Origin: a virus
Lineage: Duplodnaviria; Caudoviricetes
Length of the DNA stretch: 64,000 nt
Reading direction: 5' to 3' (one strand)
Virus record (IMG/VR): IMGVR_UViG_3300025936_000020
Location: 1-64,000 of that record
Part shown: in pieces, positions 35,237-43,545 of the stretch
How the letters are laid out: every line of letters starts with the position of its first letter
How positions within the stretch are numbered: the stretch's first letter is position 1
Translations under genes and position numbers: made by a program
The notes under the pieces: generated by a model
The model's input: only the letters and a program-made list of their open reading frames with translations
Told to the model about the DNA's origin: nothing
Databases searched by the model: none

Positions 35237-36229
35237 TTGAGCAAGAGTATTCTCATTTCCGGCGGCTGCGGTTTCATCTCTTCCCACCTCGTTGACCATC
35301 TTCTTGAGAACACGGACTGGACGATCACCGTACTGGACGGGCTAACCTACGCGGGCGATCCAGCCAGGCTATACGAGTCGGCAAAGTTCGACCGGGCCAG
35401 GGTCCGCATCCTGTGGCACGACCTTAACGCGCCCATCATGGACACGCTCATCCGGCGCATCGGTGGCGTGGATGCCGTGGTCAACATGGCCAGCAATTCA
35501 CACATCGACAAGAGCATCGCCGACCCGGTGCCGTTCGTGAAAAACAATGTCAACATCGCGCTGCACATGCTCGAGTACGCTCGCGCCGTGAGCCCGGACG
35601 TCTTCGTTCAAGTGGGAACTGATGAGGAGTACGGATCCATCGAACCGGACGGCGTGCCATATAAGGAGTGGGCGCCGATCAATCCGAGCAATCCATACAG
35701 CGCGTCGAAAGCCGCGATGGTCGCCGTCGCCATCGCCTACTGGCGCACCTACGGCGTCCCCGCCATCATCGTCGAACCGATGAATAACTTCGGGGAAAGG
35801 CAGGACCGAGAAAAATTTATTCCCAAGTGCGTCCGCACAGTCTTGGCCGGTGAAGAAATGGTTCTGCACGGCACGCCTGATAACATCGGCAGCCGCTATT
35901 ACCTGCACGCACGCAACACAGCCGACGCCATCCTGTTCCTGCTGCGCCGGCCTGTGTCGGCTTATCCGAAGACCGACCGCCCCGACCGCTACAACATCGT
36001 TGGCGACCGGCGCGTTGATAATCTTGAAATGGCGCAGCGCATCGCCAAGATTCTGGATCGCCCGCTGCGCTACCGATTTGATCATAGCCCACGCAGCCGG
36101 CCGGGCCACGATCTGCATTACGGATTGGACGGCGCAAAGCTCGCCGCGCTCGGCTGGCAGCCGCCCGTGGACTTCGATACCAGCTTGGAAAGGACCGTGA
36201 AATGGATGCAAAGCAATCAACATTGGTGA
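35237..36229 (+). CDS. rmlB: NDP-glucose 4,6-dehydratase (RmlB-like)
   Basis: GGCGFISS, DGLTYAG, MASNSHID, GTDEEYG, NPYSASKA, NNFGERQ..EKFIP, RPGHDLHY. Confidence 0.9.
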   Translation: MSKSILISGGCGFISSHLVDHLLENTDWTITVLDGLTYAGDPARLYESAKFDRARVRILWHDLNAPIMDTLIRRIGGVDAVVNMASNSHIDKSIADPVPFVKNNVNIALHMLEYARAVSPDVFVQVGTDEEYGSIEPDGVPYKEWAPINPSNPYSASKAAMVAVAIAYWRTYGVPAIIVEPMNNFGERQDREKFIPKCVRTVLAGEEMVLHGTPDNIGSRYYLHARNTADAILFLLRRPVSAYPKTDRPDRYNIVGDRRVDNLEMAQRIAKILDRPLRYRFDHSPRSRPGHDLHYGLDGAKLAALGWQPPVDFDTSLERTVKWMQSNQHW

Positions 36230-37464
36230 CCGCGATCACCGCCTGCCGCGCCTGCGGGGAGGAGAACCTTGAGTCCTTGATGAACTTCGGCCATCTGCCG
36301 CTGGCCAACCGGTATCTGGTCAGCCCGGATGAGAAGGATTTCTACGCCCCGCTTGAACTCGTTCTCTGCAAGAATTGCTGCTGCGTGCAGCTCCGGCACA
36401 CCGTCGATCCAAAGATCTTATTTGGCGAATATCTCTACGCCTCATCCACGTCCGGATCGCTGGCTGAACACTTCAAGGATTACGCCCAGGAAACCACGGA
36501 TAAGCTCGGGTTCAAGCCGGGCGATGAACCGTTCATTATCGGCATCGGTGGCAACGACGGCTGCCTGGAGCGGGAGTATCAGCGGCTCGGGTTCAAAGTT
36601 CTCGACGTTCTGAACGTGGAACCTGCCAGCAATCTAGCGGCGCTGGCGCGTGCTAACGGTGTGCCAACCCTCAACGAATGGTTCAACGAAAACACCGCTC
36701 AGCGCATCGTCGCGCAGCATGGCCGCCAAGCCGATCTCGTCACCTGCAACCATTGCTTCGCCCACATGCCGGATGTCAACGGCGTGGTGCGCGGGGTAAA
36801 GGCTCTGCTCAAACCGGGCGGCACATTCATCTTCGAAGAGGCGTACTGGCCAGACACGGTGGCCGGTTCCCACTTCGACCAGATCTACCACGAGCACGTA
36901 TTCTATTGGACGGTCGAAGCGCTGGATGAATTGTTCGCCAAGCATGACATGAAGATCGAGGACATGCAGTTCAGACCGGAGCAGGGAGGATCGATCAGGG
37001 TCTTTGTGCGGAATGAGTCGTACAAGCAGAAGCTGGAGCTGCGCAATGTCCTGATGAAGGAGTTCAGGAACGGGCTGTACGATCCCAGCACCTACATGAA
37101 ATGGTGGGAGAAGATTATGGCATGGAGGACAAAGTGCCGTGATTTCCTGCGGCCGCTGGACTCCATCTCCTGCTACGGTGCGCCGGCCAAGTTCACGATG
37201 ATCTCCGAACAGCTTGGATTCTCGCACAGATGGATCGCCTATGCCGTGGAAGACTCGCCGATCAAGGTGGGAAGGTTCACGCCAGGCTCGCACATCCAGA
37301 TCGTTGCCAGGTCGCACTTCATCGATCATCCGACCGAGCACTGTATCATCACCGCGGCGAACTACGCCGATCTCATCGCCAAGTCCAACCCGCAGTACAA
37401 GGGGAAGTGGATCATCCTGAATCCGGAACCGAAGTTTTATGAGCGGTCTTCAGAAACACACTGA
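36202..37464 (+). CDS. NDP-hexose C-methyltransferase (3-C-methyltransferase family)
   Basis: CRACG...CKNC Zn site, PLANRY, YLYASSTS, IGGNDG, HCFAH, FDQIYHEH, YGAPAK. Confidence 0.88.
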   Translation: MDAKQSTLVTAITACRACGEENLESLMNFGHLPLANRYLVSPDEKDFYAPLELVLCKNCCCVQLRHTVDPKILFGEYLYASSTSGSLAEHFKDYAQETTDKLGFKPGDEPFIIGIGGNDGCLEREYQRLGFKVLDVLNVEPASNLAALARANGVPTLNEWFNENTAQRIVAQHGRQADLVTCNHCFAHMPDVNGVVRGVKALLKPGGTFIFEEAYWPDTVAGSHFDQIYHEHVFYWTVEALDELFAKHDMKIEDMQFRPEQGGSIRVFVRNESYKQKLELRNVLMKEFRNGLYDPSTYMKWWEKIMAWRTKCRDFLRPLDSISCYGAPAKFTMISEQLGFSHRWIAYAVEDSPIKVGRFTPGSHIQIVARSHFIDHPTEHCIITAANYADLIAKSNPQYKGKWIILNPEPKFYERSSETH

Positions 37465-37846
37465 CATAGTTCTCCAATGTGAGTTGTGCCCGAGAGAGAC
37501 GGGCGTCGTTCTCAAGCTGGGGGACCTTGCCAAGAAGATACCCGGCCTGAAGCTGGAGGGGAAGGGGAACCGCTTTCAGCACGGCGTCTGCGAAGTATGC
37601 AAGAAGGAGCTGGAGGGGGGTTGCACGTTCTTCATCGACGACATCGGCCGGTGTATGAAGGTGGGGCTGGAGGCGACGAAGGAACATATCTTACCGGAGT
37701 ACTGGGGCAAGGTCGTCAAGATCCCCCGGGCGGCCATGAGCGAGCTCGTTCGAAGCTGGGCAAAAGAGAACCTGAAGCTCGCGCCTATGGAGGAGGATCC
37801 AACTCAATCTCCACCAGCACTCCCGGGGCCTGAACAGGGCCGCTGA
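37439..37846 (+). CDS. Cys-containing hypothetical protein
   Basis: CELC...CEVC. Confidence 0.65.
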   Translation: MSGLQKHTDIVLQCELCPRETGVVLKLGDLAKKIPGLKLEGKGNRFQHGVCEVCKKELEGGCTFFIDDIGRCMKVGLEATKEHILPEYWGKVVKIPRAAMSELVRSWAKENLKLAPMEEDPTQSPPALPGPEQGR

Positions 37847-38234
37847 CGTATCGCTTCCTCAAAACCTCCGTCACGATCTGCGAGTCATCTGCATACACCA
37901 AGCCGCTCAAGGCATCTTCGACAGCTCTGGCGAGCTTGAGCAAGTCAGGCCTTGCGGTCGGATAGGCAGGCGCCAAGATCGAAAGTCCGCTCTTTCTGAA
38001 ATGCCCTTTCGGTCTGGCGAGGTAGAACGTAAACGTAGCTTTGAGCGGACCATCGAGCAACGGGCCTTTGTATTCCTCGTCAGCGAATCGTTTCACGTCG
38101 CCCTTCCAATCCTTCGAGCCCTTCGAAGCATCAACCACGGCGACTCGTCCTGTCAGGACTCCGGCCTTGCGTAAGGCAAATGCACGCTTACTGCCAGAGG
38201 GCTTAGGGGTTCCAGGTACGAAAAACGAGATCAT
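37785..38234 (-). CDS. rusA: RusA-like Holliday junction resolvase
   Basis: FFVPGTPKPSGSKR...RPDLLKLARAVEDALSG..YADDSQIV. Confidence 0.85.
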   Translation of the reverse strand: MISFFVPGTPKPSGSKRAFALRKAGVLTGRVAVVDASKGSKDWKGDVKRFADEEYKGPLLDGPLKATFTFYLARPKGHFRKSGLSILAPAYPTARPDLLKLARAVEDALSGLVYADDSQIVTEVLRKRYVSGPVQAPGVLVEIELDPPP

Positions 38235-38440
38235 TGCGGTGGCGGCGGAAGTTCCATCCAGTATTTGATACTCCATTCTGCCGGGTTATCCCATCCAAGC
38301 GGGAGCCAATTTCCTTTGATCATCCGCGCGATTATCCAAACGCAACGCGCCCCGCGACCTCTTGTTTTACCCCTTCTCGCCCAAACGAGGACAGTGCGGT
38401 AGGTGCTCGGCAGGGCATCCTTTACGCTGATTGCGTTCAC
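38231..38440 (-). CDS. DUF551-like phage protein
   Basis: ISVKDALP...IKYWMELPPPP; GTGA overlap. Confidence 0.7.
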   Translation of the reverse strand: MNAISVKDALPSTYRTVLVWARRGKTRGRGARCVWIIARMIKGNWLPLGWDNPAEWSIKYWMELPPPPQ

Positions 38441-38898
38441 GTCTTCTCCGGCAGTAGCGCCTTGTAGCCGCCGTCCTTCACGTGTTGGTAGAACGTGCGT
38501 TTCCCATCCCAAACGTAAGGCATGAAGACCTCCAGAGTATCAGCCTGCTTCATCTGAATCAGCGACATCTGGACGCCGACCCAGTCCTGCATGAGTTTCC
38601 AAGCGGTGCGTTCGGCTTGTTGCGCGAAGTCTTTGCGACTCTTTCTGCGCTTCCAATCATGCGGATGCCTCTCGCAATAATCCGCCCAAAACGCGTTGAG
38701 TGCGTCATCACGGTTGGCCGGCAATCGAACGGCAATCTTCGATTCGCCCTGATCGATATGGAACGTCAACGCAACCGTTTCACCCTGCGGCCCATACTCC
38801 TTGGTGATTCCCCGGACACCGCACTGGATCAGGATTGATTCAATTCGGCCGATGGTGACAGCCACCGGAACTGTGCTTGTGTAATTGCGCAGGAACAT
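38437..38898 (-). CDS. conserved phage hypothetical protein
   Basis: MFLRNYTSTVPVAVTIGRIESIL...AERTAWKLMQDWV...FMPYVWDG. Confidence 0.75.
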   Translation of the reverse strand: MFLRNYTSTVPVAVTIGRIESILIQCGVRGITKEYGPQGETVALTFHIDQGESKIAVRLPANRDDALNAFWADYCERHPHDWKRRKSRKDFAQQAERTAWKLMQDWVGVQMSLIQMKQADTLEVFMPYVWDGKRTFYQHVKDGGYKALLPEKT

Positions 38899-38992
38899 GC
38901 AACCGGACTCTGACAGGATTCGGGCTGGCGGCAAGGAAATTAAATGAAAATATGTATTGCCTGTAAACTGAAGCTCTGTATTCTGCTCGGGC
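38899..38992. promoter_or_regulatory. divergent pair of near-leaderless sigma70-like promoters
   Basis: Plus strand: TTGCCT-16-TATTCT-8-ATG(38993). Minus strand: TTGCCG-16-CAGAGT-8-ATG(38898). Confidence 0.6.
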
Positions 38993-39163
38993 ATGAGCAA
39001 ACAAGTTGAGCGAACCACCGTGGTAAGAATGTCGAAGTCACTCCACGAGCGCATCAAAGCCCTGGCCGCAAGTCGCGGGATGAAGCTCCATGCGCTCGCC
39101 GATACAATGGCCAGAGTCTGGCTGTCGCTTCCCGAACATAAAGCGTTTCCGAAGAACAAGTGA
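38993..39163 (+). CDS. ribbon-helix-helix DNA-binding protein
   Basis: Manual translation MSKQVERTTVVRMSKSLHERIKALAASRGMKLHALADTMARVWL... Confidence 0.7.
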   Translation: MSKQVERTTVVRMSKSLHERIKALAASRGMKLHALADTMARVWLSLPEHKAFPKNK

Positions 39164-39708
39164 GACAGCCTGGATTGTTTCAATGCGAGATCTGGAGGCC
39201 CGTTCCAGGGTTCGAAGGATATTATGAAATTTCCTGTCACGGCAGGATACGGTCGTTTGTTCCGCCAAATGGCAAAGGGCAGTGCCGACAGCCTAAGATT
39301 CTTGGTCCCGGCAAGCCGCGCTGTTACAGGAACTTTGTGTTTCGACGGCCAGGTGCCAGATGGAGGATTGGAGTGCATATCCTCGTTGCCAGATTGTTCA
39401 TCGGTGTTCCGATGGGGTGCGGCCAGGATGCGGAGCCAAACCACCTTGACGGAGATAAGTCCAATAATCATGCGGACAACTTGGAGTGGACAAACAGATC
39501 CGGAAATATTCAGCACGCCTACGACATGGGCCTTTCGAAAAGCGGCGAACAACATCCCTACGCCAAATTAACTGAGGAGGAGGTCAGGCAAATCCGGTCG
39601 CTAAGAATGCAGGGCATCAGTCAGTCTCAACTGGCGTCCAGGTTCGGCGTCTCTCAGAGTCGAATCAGTTTCATCGAGCACAGAAAATCATGGAGAAAAG
39701 TATTATGA
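39160..39708 (+). CDS. NUMOD4-HNH endonuclease with C-terminal HTH
   Basis: EIWRPVPGFEGYYEISCHGRIRS...VHILVA...NHLDGDKSNNHADNLEW...KLTEEEV. Confidence 0.88.
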   Translation: MRQPGLFQCEIWRPVPGFEGYYEISCHGRIRSFVPPNGKGQCRQPKILGPGKPRCYRNFVFRRPGARWRIGVHILVARLFIGVPMGCGQDAEPNHLDGDKSNNHADNLEWTNRSGNIQHAYDMGLSKSGEQHPYAKLTEEEVRQIRSLRMQGISQSQLASRFGVSQSRISFIEHRKSWRKVL

Positions 39709-40934
39709 ACGACTCAAACAACCCATTCGCCATTGCCGCCCTTCAGAGCGGCAGCGTATCAATCGCCCAAAGCCGCGCTGCTCAGGAAGTGCAGGCAGCA
39801 ATGGTCATCGCCAAGAAGTTCCCCCGAAACGAAGAAGAGTGCATCGAGCGCATCCGCCGTTCGTGCAGTCGGCATTCTTTGGCAGAGGTCGCCACGTATG
39901 CTTACCCGCGCGGCGGGGCAACCGTCACCGGAGCCAGCATCCGACTGGCTGAATGCCTCGCGCAGAACTGGCAGAATATCGACTTCGGAATTGTCGAACT
40001 TGAGCAGCGCGATGGAGAGTCCACCGTGATGGCTTTCGCCCACGACTTGGAAACAAATTCAAGGCAGACCAAGATCTTTCAGGTCCGACACGAACGCCGA
40101 GTTGGGCGCGGCGATGACTTCCGAATCGACAAGCTGACGGACCCTCGGGACATTTACGAATTGGTAGCGAATCAAGGTGCTCGCCGCCTGCGGGCCTGCA
40201 TCCTCGGAATCATCCCTGGCGACGTGACAGACATAGCTTTGGATCAATGCGAGAAGGCACTGGCCAGCGGCAACAAAGAACCTTTGATTGATCGCGTCAG
40301 AAAGATGGCTGCTGCCTTCGGCGAGTTCGGTGTGGTGGTGGCAATGTTGGAACAGCGGCTCGGTCATAAACTGGAAGCAACCATCGAGCAGGAACTTGTC
40401 GGACTCCGCAAAATCTTCGTCAGCCTAAAGGATGGAATGAGCAAGCGCGAAGACTGGTTCGACGTTAACGCCGTCCCGATCACTCGCCCCAAGTTCGACC
40501 GCGACGAGAAAGAGGAATCCGCCGCCGGACTGGCACCAGCGCAACCCCAATCTCCGCCAGCCGAACAACCGAGGCGCGGGCGAAAGAAAGCGGCAGAGGC
40601 CCAAAGCAACGAGTCCCAGGCCGCAGCGCCCGCGCCTGTTCAGCAGGCGGCTGCTCCAGTAACACCAACGCCCGCCCAAGCGCCGGTTCCTGCACCTACT
40701 CCAGCTCCAGCCGCATCCCTGTTCCAAAGCCCGGCCTACACCCAGCTAAGGACCTGCATGACATCGAGCGGCGTCACGGATGCCGAACTGATCCAGCTCT
40801 GCCGGCATCGCGGCGTGATGACACCGCAGCAGGAGGAACTGATGCAGCTCTCCGATGCCACACTGACTGATCTCACGAACAACTGGACTATTATCGCCGG
40901 GCAAGTTCGGCAGGATCGGAGAAGGACGCAATGA
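39705..40934 (+). CDS. putative single-strand annealing/recombination protein
   Basis: AKKFPRNE...YAYPRGG...GASIRLAE conserved-looking domain and Pro/Ala linker; adjacent to the exonuclease. Confidence 0.6.
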   Translation: MNDSNNPFAIAALQSGSVSIAQSRAAQEVQAAMVIAKKFPRNEEECIERIRRSCSRHSLAEVATYAYPRGGATVTGASIRLAECLAQNWQNIDFGIVELEQRDGESTVMAFAHDLETNSRQTKIFQVRHERRVGRGDDFRIDKLTDPRDIYELVANQGARRLRACILGIIPGDVTDIALDQCEKALASGNKEPLIDRVRKMAAAFGEFGVVVAMLEQRLGHKLEATIEQELVGLRKIFVSLKDGMSKREDWFDVNAVPITRPKFDRDEKEESAAGLAPAQPQSPPAEQPRRGRKKAAEAQSNESQAAAPAPVQQAAAPVTPTPAQAPVPAPTPAPAASLFQSPAYTQLRTCMTSSGVTDAELIQLCRHRGVMTPQQEELMQLSDATLTDLTNNWTIIAGQVRQDRRRTQ

Positions 40935-41104
40935 GACAAAAGCATAAAGCAAAGCAGCCAAGAGTGAAGCGACGATGCTTCCGATGCGACGGCACTGGTC
41001 AAGTCTGCAACGTGTGCGGCGAAACCGAATCGCAATGCAGGTGCGAGGGAGCGGATGCGGGAAACTTGGGCGATTGCCCTGACTGCAAAGGAACAGGAAA
41101 ATGA
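40931..41104 (+). CDS. DnaJ-type CxxCxGxG zinc-finger protein
   Basis: CFRCDGTG...CNVCG...CPDCKGTG. Confidence 0.7.
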   Translation: MRQKHKAKQPRVKRRCFRCDGTGQVCNVCGETESQCRCEGADAGNLGDCPDCKGTGK

Positions 41105-41286
41105 ACGAAACACCACCCGAAGTACAGAACGCGGTCCTGATAGCTGGGGAATTAGCGGGACTGAGTTTCAAGTTAAACGCCGATGCACTCGAAAAGTGGC
41201 TCGACACGAAGCCCGAAGGATTCAATTACGAATCGTGGTGCCGTGCGGCCATTGCCTTCAAGCGGGCAGTCCATACCATCCTATGA
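41101..41286 (+). CDS. hypothetical protein
   Basis: 61 aa, ATGA overlaps. Confidence 0.6.
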   Translation: MNETPPEVQNAVLIAGELAGLSFKLNADALEKWLDTKPEGFNYESWCRAAIAFKRAVHTIL

Positions 41287-41531
41287 ACCCCGCCCTGTTC
41301 CGCCCATCGTCCATGCTCCGAAGATCGAAGTGTCCGGGGTCGATGGCTCTTGAATCAACGATCACGCAGATCGACGACGAAGACGAGTACCAAGCGGAAG
41401 GGAACTTATTGCATGCCCTGACAGCGGACCCGTTACAATCCAGGGCCGGGCTGGAACCCGCCCAGCTTGATCTTGTCGAGACCGTGGAGAAGGCGGAAGC
41501 TGAGTTTATCGAGAAGATCCTGAAACTTTGA
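41283..41531 (+). CDS. N-terminal part of a Cas4-like/DUF2800 PD-(D/E)XK exonuclease
   Basis: RPSSMLRRSKCPGS...AEGNLLH; ends CTT TGA C. Confidence 0.75.
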   Translation: MNPALFRPSSMLRRSKCPGSMALESTITQIDDEDEYQAEGNLLHALTADPLQSRAGLEPAQLDLVETVEKAEAEFIEKILKL

Positions 41532-41644
41532 CGCGAGGCGTCTGCTGGGCAGAAAGGGTTGGCGGTGGAGAAGTAGCCCTTCTCTCGCGCACCTGTCCAC
41601 CAGCCTGAAAGGTGAAAGGCGCACGAGAAACCGTCATAAAATCT

Positions 41645-41914
41645 ATGCACAAAGAACAACTGCTGGCCGCAGTGAATCTCGAACAAGAGGAACTGCCAAA
41701 AGACTGGGAGCTTCCAGTACACTGGGATATGACCTGCCTGATAGCAGTCATCGGAACGCTTCAACTCGCCATGCGCCATCCCCAGTTCAAGAAGCGGCCC
41801 ACGCATGCGATGATCCGGCAGGTCATCGATCAACTCATCGGCGGTATTCCGGAAAACATGCCAGCCACGCGCGAGCTGGCCCGGCTGGGAGACAATCCGA
41901 AGTACGATCTCTGA
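41645..41914 (+). CDS. hypothetical protein inside the exonuclease interruption
   Basis: MHKEQLL...IAVIGTLQLAMRHPQF; protein-like composition. Confidence 0.7.
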   Translation: MHKEQLLAAVNLEQEELPKDWELPVHWDMTCLIAVIGTLQLAMRHPQFKKRPTHAMIRQVIDQLIGGIPENMPATRELARLGDNPKYDL

Positions 41915-41916
41915 CC

Positions 41917-42768
41917 GTGCTGGACTACTTGGAAATCACCGAGCAGGAGTTCTCGCTGAAGCGTGGCGACAAGACCATTCTCAAGGGAACCCCGGACTCG
42001 GTGCGGGTGTATCACAGCCGGAACCGGGTGGCCGTCTTCGAGCGGAAGTTTGGATTCAAGGAGGTCCAGCCCGCCGATGCAAACTTGCAGCTGCGCACAT
42101 ACTTGGTGATGGTAGCCAGAACTTATCCAGCCGCCAATTACTATGGGTGCCTTACCCAGCCTAGAATCTCCTCCAAACCGCAGATCGTTCAGTACACCGA
42201 GGCTGAAATCTTCCAAGCCGAGGATGAGATCTTCCGGATTCACGACGCCTGCTACGGTGAAGATCCGCCGCGCCATGCGTCCAACGAAGCGTGCGAACAC
42301 TGTAGCGCCAAGGCCCTGTGCCCTGAGTTCGCCCAGTGGACATCGGCGGTGGTGAAGGCTCAGCATCTTCCGGTAGGACAATGGACCGACGCTCAGATGG
42401 AGACTTTCCTTTTGCGCCAAGGCATCCTGGTAAAGTTCATCAAGGATACTCTCGATCAGATCAAGCTCATCAAGCAGGCTAATCCAGAACGACTCCCCGG
42501 CTGGTCGTTCAAACCTGGGAACGAAGTCCGCACGGTGACGGACCTTGTTAAAGCCTGGAGCGCCCTCCAATCTCACATGAGCGCCCTGGAGTTCAGCGGT
42601 GAGTGCGACGTGAGCATCGGCGGTCTAGAGAAGGTGATCTGGCAGAAGCGCCAGGACGACCCATCGCTGGGCAAGCTGACGCAGAAGGGCGTGAAGGCGC
42701 TGGTGAACGATTTGTTGAAGGATGTGTTGGTCAAAAAAAAGAATCGGCCAAGTCTGGAGAAGGAATGA
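41917..42768 (+). CDS. C-terminal part of the Cas4-like PD-(D/E)XK exonuclease
   Basis: TEQEF, GTPD, ERKFG, QLRTY, CEHC..KALC. Confidence 0.8.
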   Translation: MLDYLEITEQEFSLKRGDKTILKGTPDSVRVYHSRNRVAVFERKFGFKEVQPADANLQLRTYLVMVARTYPAANYYGCLTQPRISSKPQIVQYTEAEIFQAEDEIFRIHDACYGEDPPRHASNEACEHCSAKALCPEFAQWTSAVVKAQHLPVGQWTDAQMETFLLRQGILVKFIKDTLDQIKLIKQANPERLPGWSFKPGNEVRTVTDLVKAWSALQSHMSALEFSGECDVSIGGLEKVIWQKRQDDPSLGKLTQKGVKALVNDLLKDVLVKKKNRPSLEKE

Positions 42769-42959
42769 AAAGCGAACTCAATCCGGCCAAGCATAATATT
42801 TTGACCGGATCAACTGTAGTCGAAATCTGGTACGACGGACAATATATTGGCGCAGTCTATGGAGCTGACGGACCTGGCATCCGCGTAATCAGCAAGCACG
42901 AGATCCATGTCGAGACTCTTGTGGATGGGCTCAACGTGGCCGAAATCCGTCTGAAGTAA
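42765..42959 (+). CDS. hypothetical protein
   Basis: 64 aa, ATGA overlap. Confidence 0.65.
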   Translation: MKSELNPAKHNILTGSTVVEIWYDGQYIGAVYGADGPGIRVISKHEIHVETLVDGLNVAEIRLK

Positions 42960-42964
42960 TCGTT

Positions 42965-43348
42965 ATGCTTGACGAAGAACGTATCCCGCCGGCCGCACCT
43001 CCAGGCCTGGTCGAAACCTTGGACCGCCTCCCGCCCTGCATCGTGCGGCTGGTCGCGCGCAAGCCCGGCCACCACGGCCAGCGCATGTCCCTGCACGAGA
43101 TCGCCAGGGCTTCTGGCCTGTCCTATGGAACGGTGCTCCGGTTGTCCATGAAAAAGACCTGGGCCAACGTGCCGCCGAACCGGATCGATCCGTTCTGCAA
43201 GGCCTGCGGTGTGAACCTGCTGCACCCGAGCAAGACGCGTCGGTATTTGAAGCGCGTGCTCAACCTGCCGAATGGGTATAAACTGCTGTCTGCGAAACGC
43301 GGGCTTGGATGCCCTGCGAATGTAATGAAACTGCTTATATCTCTATGA
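42965..43348 (+). CDS. Cro/XRE-like HTH protein
   Basis: MSLHEIARASGLSYGTVLRL...FCKACG. Confidence 0.7.
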   Translation: MLDEERIPPAAPPGLVETLDRLPPCIVRLVARKPGHHGQRMSLHEIARASGLSYGTVLRLSMKKTWANVPPNRIDPFCKACGVNLLHPSKTRRYLKRVLNLPNGYKLLSAKRGLGCPANVMKLLISL

Positions 43349-43545
43349 GCACTAAATCTGTGAGGTTTGAATTGGAAGGGCAACACGTTCACGGCTCACA
43401 GTGGTCGGTTATCGAGATTCACACGACAGAAGGCGCAGCTCGAAAAGGTGAACGAGAGTATAGGAAGTTCAACTCCGCGCAAAAAGTCAAAGGGTGGCGT
43501 GGCTTTCGAGTGATGCAGGTAACAACAGTTCGGAAAGTATTATGA
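43345..43545 (+). CDS. hypothetical protein
   Basis: 66 aa, ATGA overlaps. Confidence 0.55.
   Translation: MSTKSVRFELEGQHVHGSQWSVIEIHTTEGAARKGEREYRKFNSAQKVKGWRGFRVMQVTTVRKVL

Noticed and set aside
38437-39555. 372-aa ORF as a single gene
   Set aside because: The 5' 219 codons are the antisense shadow of the RHH and HNH genes. The real start at 38898 has its own promoter.
41529-41913. Canonical group I intron in the exonuclease gene
   Set aside because: The boundaries fit (U before, G at the end), but about 270 nt is ordinary coding sequence and no P3-P7 core is recognisable.
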